In this document: positions 23,318 through 35,800 of the stretch, piece by piece
Layout of the letters: each line of letters begins with the position of its first letter
How positions within the stretch are numbered: the first letter of the stretch is position 1
Assembly: GCA_964035545.1 (NCBI GenBank)
Contig: OZ037771.1
Coordinates: forward strand, 14,507,133-14,571,132
DNA from: Bugula neritina
Lineage: Eukaryota; Animalia; Bryozoa
Direction of reading: 5' to 3'
Length of the DNA: 64,000 bases
Position numbers and translations under genes: made by a program
The notes under the pieces: generated by a model
The model's database searches: none
Told to the model about the DNA's origin: nothing
Seen by the model: only the letters and a program-made list of their open reading frames with translations

Positions 23318-24873
23318 CTTGTCAAAAAATTATTTTAAAAACCGGCAACACCTACAACACGATACATTACATAAGTTACATAACATATATTGCAGCAATC
23401 TAATCAAAGTTTCAAAAAAAATAAATGACCTACATAACTGAAAAAATAAATCATTAAATCCGAAAAGAATAGAGACAAGTTTGCAGCACCAATTAATATG
23501 ATAGAGTTGAAGTTACCGTACAAAAAAACTCAAATTATTAAAACATCATTTATATACTTGCTTAATAATCAATACAAAGTCAAAGCTTTATTTTTTATAA
23601 TTGTTAATCATATTCATGTAAAAATACCATCGATTAAGTACTTTTACAATTAAATTACTAGTTCTAGTAACATTTTAGCTAAAAACTTCTTAGTACATAG
23701 TAATACTGATAGTGATAGTTTAAGTTATTGTTAAGTTGAACTTTAAGCTCGTTTTAAAAGCAAGGCTAAGCGCCAGAAAAACTAAAACTAAATGTGATAA
23801 ATTTAAAAACATGTACACTATAAAATACTTAGAGGTGGTAAAATAGCAAGTATGTAATTCAGTAGTGAATTGAAAATCTCTTTATTAAATCTTATCTAGA
23901 TGTAAATTACAAACCATTCTGTCCTGATCCCATGAAGTTGGTTGCTAAAGTTAGAGATGTACCGCGTAGAATGCATACCGCGTTATGATTAGCTGGGATA
24001 CTAAAACGACGAGTCCACCAGGTTTTGTTTTAACTCGTATTTAGCTTGCGTTTTATATAATTATCTACTTTCTGTTTGTTAACGCTCAATACCTTTTACT
24101 TTTAAAGTCAACAAAAACAGTTTTACGAGACCGAGGGTTGGGATTTTAGCGAAGCTGTTCAAGCCCGCTTTAGAAAATTTTGCAAATTGAAGAATCGCAA
24201 TGAGAATGAATCAATTGAATGAAATATTACCGTTGAAAAAAAAGTTAAAATAACTATAAATGAATGATATTCAAAACAAATGTTGTTTTCTGAAGTTTAG
24301 TTTATTTTTCTTAGTATTATTAACTGTTTAGAACGCTGCAATATCATCAAGATCGTATTTGTTCACTATAACTATAAGGCACCTGTCTCTGAGTCTGAAA
24401 CGCAAACTGAGAGTGAGAAATTTAAAATCCACCTGAAAGTGAAATTTAAACAGAAATGCAGTCTGACTCTAAACGGCAAAGTCGGAGTGCAAGTCAAAGT
24501 TGAAGCTTGAAAAGCTAATAAGTTTGGCGTACTGGATCTGAAAGTGGAAGTCTGAATGAAAAACTTGAAGACGAATTTAACCTCATAACTGATACTGATA
24601 GTGACTTGATGTTCAACTTCATGTTTATAGAACTTTGCAGTTGATTTTAATTTAAGTCTTTACATCAATGTAAATCATATTGATTTGATATCGTTATACT
24701 TAATTTTTTAAATTATTTGTTAGCTATTCAGTTTCAGTTTTACATTCACATTGTGATTGTGAGTGACTCAACTATTTTATTGAATGGTAGTTTCTTTAGT
24801 TACTGTTGTTCTGGTTTAATAACTATAAGCGTAACGCGAAAAATAAAATTGAGTAAACCAGCAAACGATTAAA

Positions 24874-27800
24874 ATGAAAGTCAATACCATTACTTGGACT
24901 CTGTCGAGGCTCTGCATCTCACCGTCACACACTCTAAGTATCCTATCTAGATGGACCAGTTTAATTTTCCCCCTTAGCACAGCTAGCAGAATATTTACAC
25001 AGAATTTTCACACAGCAAAATCACTTGCTCACCGAGAGTAAGTGTTTGCAGCATTGTAATCATTACCATACTGATATTATTTTTTATCTAGTTATTGACC
25101 TCATTAAATCAGCTCGTGTGAAGATATTTTCAGGCCCAACATTGTTATTTAATTTTAGTGGTACAGTGCAAGAAATACGAAATGAAAAATATCGTAAACG
25201 CCGCGAACTCGCTGTATTTTATGAGCTCTCTGAGTTGAGAAAAGCCAAAGATAAAGACACGTATAGAAAGGTAGGTTTTGCAATGTATGTAGGCCTACCT
25301 CTATAGTGACTTATGTAAAGAAATGCTGTGCTGCAACATAAACCACTTTTATATAATGAAATCATCCTTAATTTTTTTCCAATTGAAAAAAGGACGGAGT
25401 TTGTGTGCATTTAAATTTATACTTTTAACAATCTCTTGGTGTTGATAGTTATTATTGTTGAAGCTAACTGTAGCAAGTGTTCTATCTATAGTTTAACTAG
25501 TGAACAGTTAATTTATATAGCAAGAGTTGGTGTATTCAATCCTATATATGTACGGCAACTCTCATGGCTGCAAGGCTGTTGATAATTTGCCAAAATATCT
25601 TTTGGACATATCTTTTTCATTTCCATCTACCATACTGACTGCATCTTCATAGGCATCTTTAGAGGTCTTTGTATCTGTTGCTAAGCTCTAGAGGTACTTG
25701 TGTGTTTTGCTAGGCTCTAGAGATCTATATGAAGAAACAGTCTGTGTACCGAAGAGGTCATGTTGACTTTATTCTCGGTGCCATAGAGCAGATGAAGGAG
25801 TATCAAGTGCATAAAGATGTTGAGGCTTATAAAGTATGTGATTTCTTGTATGAGGAGGCTTGAAAATTACTTGCTACTGGAACTCTATATATTTGATATA
25901 CCTTATAGTTCACTTTTTCAGAGGTGCTGCTATTTAAACCATTACACCTCTTTGCTGTTGTGAGAATTAATCTGCCGCCTAACACCTTCTTATTAAAAAA
26001 TTTAGGACTCACTGACTTTGGTTGGGGTGTCAGATAAAGGCTCCATCTGTTTTGTGTGTAAAGCAATGAGATACCCTCAGTTTACGCATTACCATGTCTT
26101 TGCCAGGCTCTGATGAGAATATTCCCCGAAGGAGAGATGCTGCCTAAGAACATTATTCAGAGCGAGTTCATGCATTACCCTCGGCAGCAGAACACGGCCA
26201 TAGACATTCTCTCTGCCATGGGTAACAATGGTAAGTGTAGTGTTACAGTGCCACAGCACCAGTAGTAAATAGAAAACATCTTATACTCTAGGCTGTATAT
26301 ATTGGATATATAATATGTTTTACTAAAGGTTGTATACCAGACGATGAGATGGGTGACATTATAGTGTCCAGGTTTGGGGAAAACTCGTATGTGATGAAGA
26401 AATACCAGCGTATCATGTACTGGGGACCCAAGTTCAGGAATATGAACCCCTACCCTGTCCCCTGGATACTCCCGGAAACCGTGAGTGTACACACATTATG
26501 CTGATGTCATAGTTAATGCTGCTCATGTAACATATTTTAATGATCAGAAAATTCTGATTTCACAACTAGTTGTAATTAAAAAAATTACAAGTCCTAAGCC
26601 TTATGATGTTATAGACAAGGTGAATAGCTGAAAGACATTTCATAGTTGAAATAAATTAGCATTCAGACTGCTAATCTTCACAAGATGCTGTATATGAAAT
26701 ACTATAAAATCCCGATGAACAACTTTTTTGTGCTAATAGCGTGTTAGCTAGTTGAATAGTATAAATAAAGTGAAACCAATGCATGAAACATTAGCTTTTT
26801 TATCTAAAAGCTTTTCATAGCTTTTCCTCTGAAAGCTGGTATAGCCACAATGCTATAATACAAGAGATACTTTATATACATTATTCCACATGCTTTAGTT
26901 AAAACCTACTATATAAGGAGTAACTTACTCTATCACTGTGGTTTCAAGATTAACATTACGAGAATCAATTTTTCATCTTTGGTTTGGAAACAGCCACAAC
27001 CAGAAATTCATGAAAGAAGCAAGCACAAATTCATGATGAGAATCAATGGAAATTGAATGTATAAGATACTCTCTATACAGTATGTCACATGATGTAGACT
27101 GTTTTATTGTATCCTATGAATGTTAGAAGCTGGAGCTGGCAGTCATGGCGCTTAAGAGGATGGCTGTTGACAAGAACAACAGGGTCAAAGTTTACGACAC
27201 TAATGACCTCGGCTCTGCTATTTCTGATGGGTTCATAGCCAGTGCCTGTTCTCCAACCCAACAGGTAATGTGTAATAATATTATGTAACTTCACTGCTAG
27301 CAACAGTGTTGTTACTTCAGGATTTCCATGGGGGTTTCTCTGGGAATTTCCTTTGAAGTTTCTCAATGAATTTCCCTCAGAGTTTCTTATCGGGTTTCCT
27401 CTAGGAGTTTTTTTTAGAGAATTTCCCAAAGAACTTCTGTTGGAAGAGATAGCTCCCAGTTATTTTCTCTGCATTTGTTTATCACTGCAATCAGCTTTTT
27501 CGCAACTTTTTATTAGCATCATATTGTATATTTTTTTCTAGTTCACTTCTCGCTCTGCTTTTTTAATAAACAGTAAATGCATGAATACCTTTCACTTTAT
27601 TTGTTCCACAACATAACTGCAACATTTCTCAGGGGATTTCTTAAGGGATTCCCTAAGATTTTCTTAAGGGGATTTCCCCGCAGCTGAACTTGTATTTTGT
27701 TACAGGAACTAATGAGAAAGCACAACTCTAAGCTACCACTGTATGTGGAGGGAGGGTTCACTGTATGGATGAGAGAGGAGAGTCTCGTATACTTCATACT

Positions 27801-29069
27801 CAGAGCAGACCCACACCCAGATATTGTAGAGTACAATCAGAAATCCGAAAAAGAAGATGATATCTCCTCCGGATTTTACACCTATTTGGGTAAGTTAGGC
27901 TGGTATTATAATAAAACAAGAGCTGAAGTAAGGTCTATGCTTTTCAATTGGCATTCAAATTGTTTTATTCCATGTTTATTTCCTCCTTGTTAAAAGTACA
28001 TTTTGTTGTTGTCAGTTTCATTTATTTTCACCCTGTGTAAGTACCTATTTTAGTTTTGGGATATAATGGTTCGACCAGTAGTAAGTGTTTTTTCATAAAT
28101 AAAATTGCTGATTTTGTTAATTGGTGTCTGAGCACATTTGCTTTTTTTTTACAAAATTGCCAAATATAAAAGCAATTAATTTGAAAAAAATAAAGCCAAA
28201 TAAGCATTTTGTTACAAATATGAGATTAAATAAATATAAATGAATGGATACTGTTCCAAAAACATATTAAGCCTATTATTTAAAAAAGTGTCTTTAATTT
28301 TTGTAATGTAGTCACGATTTTTATAAATAATTCATTTCTGTTTTGTAAAACATTGCGAATACTTGTATAATAATGAATGGCTCAGGGGCTGATGATGAGG
28401 AAAAGAGAAAGAAGGCTTTGGTAGTGAAACCTTCGGTACACGAGCAGCCGGAGGGGACGATTCTGGCAATGTGCATCACAGAGACGAGTAGCAAAGACTC
28501 CCTCGTGGACTGGATTAACTTTTTACAAGTGAGTGTTTGAGTTTATACAAGTGAGTGTTTGAGTTTATACAAGTGAGTGTTTGAGTTTATACAAGTGAGT
28601 ATTTGAGTTTATACAATAGCATATTATAGAAGTTGACATTTGTATTCATACTATTTGGTATTGGAGGTGATGCAAAATGTTTTAAATACGACCTATTCGA
28701 AGCCTCAGTAAGTACAGTGAATGTATGATTTACCAGCTGACGGTCAACTCTAATTTGAATTATCTTGTTTAACAGACATTATTTTAACACTACATTCTAC
28801 TTGATAAAGAATCAATTATCATGTTATGAATAATGACTAATTTGCTCTTCAGTATGGAATCTTTACTGGGAGCTAAGACACAATTTTTTTTTCCAAGTTA
28901 AATTTGTTTCCTGGTGTGTTCACAGTAGTGGATTTTATATTTACAGGGCGAGAACTCTTGTCTTTCGAAGGTGCCAATATTATTCTCTCTCAAGACCCCG
29001 GAATCGGGTTTGCAATCGACAAATGAAGATGAGAAGCCAAGAGAGGAGTTGAATCCAGGGGAGAGTTGA
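24874..29069 (+). CDS. ECSIT: ECSIT, evolutionarily conserved signalling intermediate in Toll pathway / mitochondrial complex I assembly factor
   Basis: Exons 24874-25037, 25159-25270, 25714-25833, 26107-26230, 26329-26480, 27127-27264, 27706-27889, 28386-28528, 28947-29069. Presequence-like N-terminus (...RIFTQNFHT) and motifs RRGHVDFI, FMHYPRQQ, WGPKFRNMNPYPVP, LYVEGGFTVWMR...YFILRADP, SVHEQPEGTILAMC. Confidence 0.93.
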
Positions 29070-29811
29070 TCCTCTGCTGTAGCGGATGGAGTCACAGTTC
29101 AGCTATATGTCACGCCAGCCGTTGATACTTTGTGTGACGTGTCTTCTCACAGTTACATGTACTATCACGTGACATGTTAAAAGAGAGCCTGTATTAACCA
29201 ACTCCTTGTGTGACACTACCAACTTGATGGTGTCAAGATATCATCGCCATATATTAGGAGTTATTACTCTTCAAGATTTGATGTGTTTATATGTTAATTA
29301 TTTTCCGAAATTGCGTCAGATTTTCTAGCTATGGGTGATTTGTCAGGGTGTAGCATGTGTGATGGTAGTTTGTCACTTTTATAAATCTATGATCAGCTCA
29401 AAAGCTTTGGGGTAACCATTTTAGATCATTTAGTATTCTTGGTGCTAGAATCTTCTCAATACCAGGAGTTATTCTCTCTCACTACCTACTTGCCCCCCCC
29501 CCACCCTGTAAGGGCAGCAAGGGTGACTTAGGAACCCCATGTTATGCAGATGTAGCTTTATTGACCTCCAGTACTGACGATTAACTATTAGGTTATATAT
29601 AATTCATAATGTTATATTTTATGATGTTGTATTTACTGGGTATAAAATGAAAACTTATGTCGACATTTTGAAAATAAAAAAATAGTGCAAAATTAAATCC
29701 GCAACTACACTGTACAGTTTCATGTATTTACAGGTCAGTTCTGAATTTGTAGAATGATCGTTTTGGAGAAGGAGATATATTTTAGTATTGATGTTGATAG
29801 GAACGGGTTTA

Positions 29812-32800
29812 CTACTCGGTTTTCCTGGAGGAATTTCTCTGTTTATCACTCTTGCGTTCTTTGTCTCTCAGATCATCCTGGAAAACAATCATTAATCGTA
29901 TTAAAATATGGTTTCTTACAACTAAAAAACTCCAACAATTTCATTAGAATTCATTAGGGCGTAGCTAGTTGACTTTATACCCATATAGACCTGAAGAAAG
30001 AATAAGGTGGGAACACTCGTACATCTATTTGACTACCTATTATTTTAAAAAGGAGTATTAATAATTGTTGACCTATTATATGGACCCAGATGAAATATTC
30101 TGGTCACATGAATCTTTAAAAAGCTCACCTTTGCCCTTTTGGCTGCACGCGCCTCAGCATCACTTCCATTTCGCTGACGATCGACCTTTGTTGTCTTCGG
30201 TGTCGCTTCTATCGGCTGAACCAACACATCCGACTTTCTCTTCTTGGAGACTTCCTGTAAAAGTGAATGGAAACTTTGACCTGCAATCCTGAAGATAATG
30301 TGCACCTGGAGAGTAGAGGTTGATACCATCATGGACAGTGAATTACTTTTATCTTCCAGTAGGTGAGTGAATGAGGCATTCAGTCACTCAGACATAAAGC
30401 TGGGAGATTGTCCTAACTCACCGTCTTTTTCCGAGAGTCTTTAGGAGTATCCCTTTCCTTCCTCTCAGCTTTGAGATTTGATTCAGAGTTGCTCGAGCTC
30501 TGCCAGAAGAGGGCAACAGGTGAATAGTCTAATACAGAGGTTGTTGACAGTAGTGTGTTTTGTAGACGCTGTAGTTACTACTGTAGTTACTATTATAGAC
30601 ACTGTAGTTACTGCTGTAGACGCTGTAGTTATTACTGTAGCCACCGCAGTTACTACTGTAGCCACTATAGTAAGTACTGTAATAAGCAACACACTTTTAA
30701 CTAAAACATAACCATAGAACCGCTGATCTAACCTTCATTGAGGAAGGGGGTGTGACAGTAGCCCCCTTTCTGTCGGATGACTTGCTTCTACTTGAATTAT
30801 CGTGCTCAACTTTCCGTCTCTTGACCTCTTTGTCGTCACTGGAGACTCTGGTAGGGGAGTTGCCGGCAGACCTGGACATATAGGTGACAAGTGAATGTCT
30901 ACATATTACTGTCAAGTAACAAACATGAAGTCTGAGTAGAAATATTACACTGAACGGGGAGTTATCCCGCCAGTTTAAAAATATCTCACTTGACAATGAT
31001 GTCCACCTCCTTCTCTCGCTTCACCGATGTCTTCGTTTTGTTCACATCTTTTGAGCTGCTCATCTTCACGACTTTGATATCATTATCCTAATGTGTAAGT
31101 ACATGTTACAGTGTAAGTACATAGTATACAATACTAATACACAGTGTAAGTACATAGTATACATCACTACACAGTGTAAGTACATAGTATACAATACTAC
31201 CTTTGAGCTGGTGCCGTTGCTAGCGGCAACAATCTTTACGTCTGCTTTCGACTCAGATTTCATTCTTGGTGGTAATTCCGTGTCGACTTTCTTACCCTTG
31301 TTAGAAGCTTCCTGCAGGTAAATAAATGAATATACGCAGGTAAACATGTACAGAAGTTAATAAAACATACAGGTAAATGCTACACCATGTATACCTGTGT
31401 GTACGCATCACACAATAATGAACTGTTTAACCAACATCTGTGTACAACAACATAGTCTGAGATCACGATGCTGGTCTTTACACACCTTGAGGAAGGCTGC
31501 AGCTTCAGCCCGCTCCTTGGAGACAGCCTTAGAGGCAGAAGACTTCTGAGATTCAAAGCCGGAAGTTGACTTGGACTCAGCTTTCGGCTCGGCTTTTATA
31601 ACCTTCGGAGTTGCTGCTGCCGACTCTGCCTTTGCTGCCTCAGCTTTGCTTGCGTCTTTAGCTGTAATGAGACCGGCATTGTATCTTCACATGGCAGTGG
31701 AGTAACACAGTGGGATATGTTGCTAGGTAACAGAGTGGGAGATGTTGCTAGGTAACACAGTGGGAGATGTTGCTAGGTAACACAGTGGGAGATGTTGCTA
31801 GGTAACACAGTGGGAGATGTTGCTAGGTAACACAGTGGGTGATGTTGCTAGGTAACACAGTGGGATATGTTGCTAGGTAACACAGTGGGAGACGTTGCTA
31901 GGTAACACAGTGGGAGATGTTGCTAGGTAACACAGTGGGAGATGTTGCTAGGTAACACAGTGGGAGATGTTGCTAGGTAACACAGTGGGTGATGTTGCTA
32001 GGTAACACAGTGGGTGATGTTGCTAGGTAACACAGAGTAAAATGTTGCTAGGTAGCAGAGAGCACCTGACCGATCTATAACCAAGAAAAACTTACCAGCT
32101 TGCTTTGCCTTGAGTTCTTCATTCTTCTTCTTGATTTTCTCCTACAGAATATGCAGAATCTCATCACCCACTGATTTTAGAGTAGACACAGAGGGCACCA
32201 CAACAACCAATCAGATATCACATCACACGTGAGACTTACCGGGTTGACGTAATGGAAAGCGTGCTCAGCCAGCCAGTGTGACTTCCTCCCTTTCAGCTGC
32301 CCAGCGTAGCCCATAGCCAGGGCGTAGAGGTCGGGACGCTTGTCTTTCTCCTCCTTGTGCACTCGGTCTACACGCCTCTCTAAGGCTTGACCCACTCCAA
32401 TTATCATCGGGAAATGAGGCAAAACCTTTGGAATATGAAAACTATTTTTATCCGCTAACTAAAGAGATTACTATGACAGACTACCACAGCAGCAAACAAA
32501 CAGCTCAGTACTGTAGCCTTCACTTATTCACACGGAGCACTCACTTTGGTCAACACAATCAGAGTATTCCTGATCTGCGTGTAGTTGCCAGACTCAAAGC
32601 AGGCGATAGACGCCTTTGTCATGCGGAACTGCCACTTGTGACACACGTGTCGGAAGTCCTCGAAGCTCAGCTCGGCGTAGTTGGTGCCGGCAGCACCCGC
32701 CCTGAAGGTCGTCACAAACCCCGGGTGTTTGGAACACTCCTGGAAAGTAGACAAAGTTACACTCTATGCATCCACTCAACAGTGATAATGCTGTTTACAT

Positions 32801-35800
32801 TACAAGCACACACGTCCTCAAATATCTAAACTTCATCAGACACGATGCAACAAGTACACAGAGTACAGAATGTAGCTGCAGAATATGGAGATACATGACA
32901 ATACTGAGTAGATGCCTTTCATTTGACTAATATATGTGTGCAATGCTGATTGGCTGACAGACACGTGACATGACGTTACAGGTACCTTACACTGTCTGCC
33001 AGATTAGCATGGCACATAGCAACAGGTGTCATGAGATATGAACATGATTAGACATTAAAACTGTCAACAGAAGTTCATTTCATATTCATGACACAAGCAA
33101 ACATGTGCCCATAAGATGACATGTACGAGTCATACATAGACAGGTGTCTGGAGCCTCTAGTAGTGACACAGACAACAGGTGGCGTGGCTAAATAAACCAA
33201 CCTTTTCGTAGACCTCCTTTGATGCTCTCCATCTCATGGCCAACTCTAGTATGCAGCACAGAAAGCGGCCATACCGGTGAGCCTCATTTTCAGTACAGCA
33301 TGTTATGAGATACGTGATGTCATTGAATATCTATAATAGCAAGATCATGACTGTTACATATTACAGTATATATTTACATTTCTCTGTTCATTCTAAATAT
33401 CAGAAAAAAGTCAGTCATTTACCAGATTGTTTTTGTTTTTTAATAAAAGCCTGTACAATAAAAAGAAATACATTATACTAAAAAATTCCAAGTTTTTTAA
33501 TTTCCACTGACAACATGACTGACCTTTTAACACTAATACTGTTAAAGACATAAGTTATAGAACTGTGTTAAATACTGGAACTATACACATTGCTACCTGG
33601 TTACGATATATGATACACATTGCTACCTGGGTTACGATATATGATACACATTGCTACCTGGGTTACGATATATGATACACATTGCTACCTGAGTTACGAT
33701 ATATCATACACATTGCTACCTGAGTTACGATATGATAAAATCTCTCACCCTGTCCAGTATTATAAGAGTACCGAAATTGGGGGTTTTTATCTTGTGCATT
33801 GTATGAATCATGCGGGCACAGTAGAACGCGTCCACCGTTGTGTTGAGCACACGAGGGAATATACAGAACTGTATGAACCTTTCCACTTGCTTCTGAGTAT
33901 CGGCTACAAAACAGTAGACGCTGCCTACACTGACTCAAGTTGACTCTAACTCAGGTAGAAAGAGAGACAAGGCAGCAAACCAGTAAAAGTCGTTTGGCCA
34001 TTGCAAAACTGTGTACTTATATCTTGGTATAGGAGTTTTCAGTGAAATTTGCATTCAAAGTTATTCGAATAAAAGTTTTTCAAAGTGATTTTTGCAAGAA
34101 ATTATGAGATAATCTTAAATTAAATACAATATTCTTCAATTACATACAATATACTTCAATTACATACAATATACTTCAATTACATACAATATACCTCAAT
34201 TACATACAATATACTTCAATTACATACAATATACTTCAATTACATACAATATACTTCAATTACATACAATACACATCAACCCTTCAGCATCTAGAACATA
34301 TAGACAAACACATAAACAATACATATACTAAATAACGTAGGAAATACTTATACATGCTTATACACACCAGTCTTAAACCATTGATCCTTGTCATGGTCCA
34401 ACTTAGCCATAACTCTATTCACGTGTTCAGACTGCGCCTTCTCTTCAGCCTTGAACTTTGCTATCATCTGATTGCATCTCTCTATCTCCTTTTTCTTTTT
34501 CCCCTCTCTCTGAAACCCCAGCACAGCTTAGTCTACAGTGACACCTCCCAGATACCTTACAGCTTAGTCTACAGTGAAATCTCAATGACACACTACATCA
34601 GGAGCTGGCACATTACAGTACACACTGACACATTACAGCTTAGTGTAGAGTGACACCTATTTGAGACATCACATTACATCATATACTGACACATTACATC
34701 ATATACTGACACATTACATCATATACTGGCACATTACATCATATACTGACACATTACATCATACACCGACACATTACAGTACACACGGACACATTACATT
34801 ATATACTGAGACATTACAGTACATACTGAGACATTACATCATATACTGACACATTACATCATATACTAACACATTACATCATATACTGACACATTACATC
34901 ATACACTGACACATTACATCATATACTGACACATTACATCATACACTGGCACATTACACCATATACTGGCACATTACATCATATACTGACACATTACATC
35001 GGACACTGACACATTACATTATATACTGACACATTACATCATACACTGACACATTACATCATACACTGACACATTACAGTACACACGGACACATTACAGC
35101 ACAAATTATTTTCAAAGCTACACAAATGCCTTAGGAGGACAACGGGAGAGTAGACAACTCACGAGATCTCTGCTAGTTTCCTGTTCGAACTGCTGAATCT
35201 TTTGCTTGACGAGACTGATCTCTCTGTCATATGATGTCTTCGGCACGTAGAGGTCATAGGCTGAGAGAGTCCAGAATGTTATGTACAGTGTCGGGCTATA
35301 ATATACGAGAGTAGGGTATAAGTATACAAGGGTAGTTTATGAATATATGAGGGTAGAGTATAGATATATGAGGGTAGGTTATAGAAAAATTCAACTAGAT
35401 GAAAGAATGACAATCAACATTTAGCTAAACAAAGTGAAGTTAATCAACGTATTGAAGCGCATAAAATGCGAGCGCCATTGCTGATTGGATAGACCAACCT
35501 AAGCTCCTCCCACATTTTCGCGTCGAAGAGAGGCTTGATCTGATCCGACACAGGAAGTATGACGCTGGAGAAAGCCTCTGTATACAGCTGATTTTTGTCA
35601 GCCGCTGGAGTTGTCCTGTCCTTTTCCTTAGCCAATTTGCTCTGTTTTCGCAGTTCCTCGTACTTCAGCTACGAGTTAGAAATGTACGTAAGTTTCAGGA
35701 GAAACTGATGACAGAAAGAGCATTCAATATTACCTGGCAGTCTCCATGTGTGTGGAGAGCAGACAGCTGCTGCATTTGTAGAAACAGACTGGTTGGTAAA

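Noticed and set aside
28130-28360. Possible MITE with TTTTACAAAA/TTTTGTAAAA ends
   Set aside because: The inverted match is short and AT-rich, with no TSD or second copy seen.
31705-32056. CRISPR-like regularly spaced repeat
   Set aside because: Spacers are nearly identical, there are no cas genes, and the context is a eukaryotic intron; it is a minisatellite.
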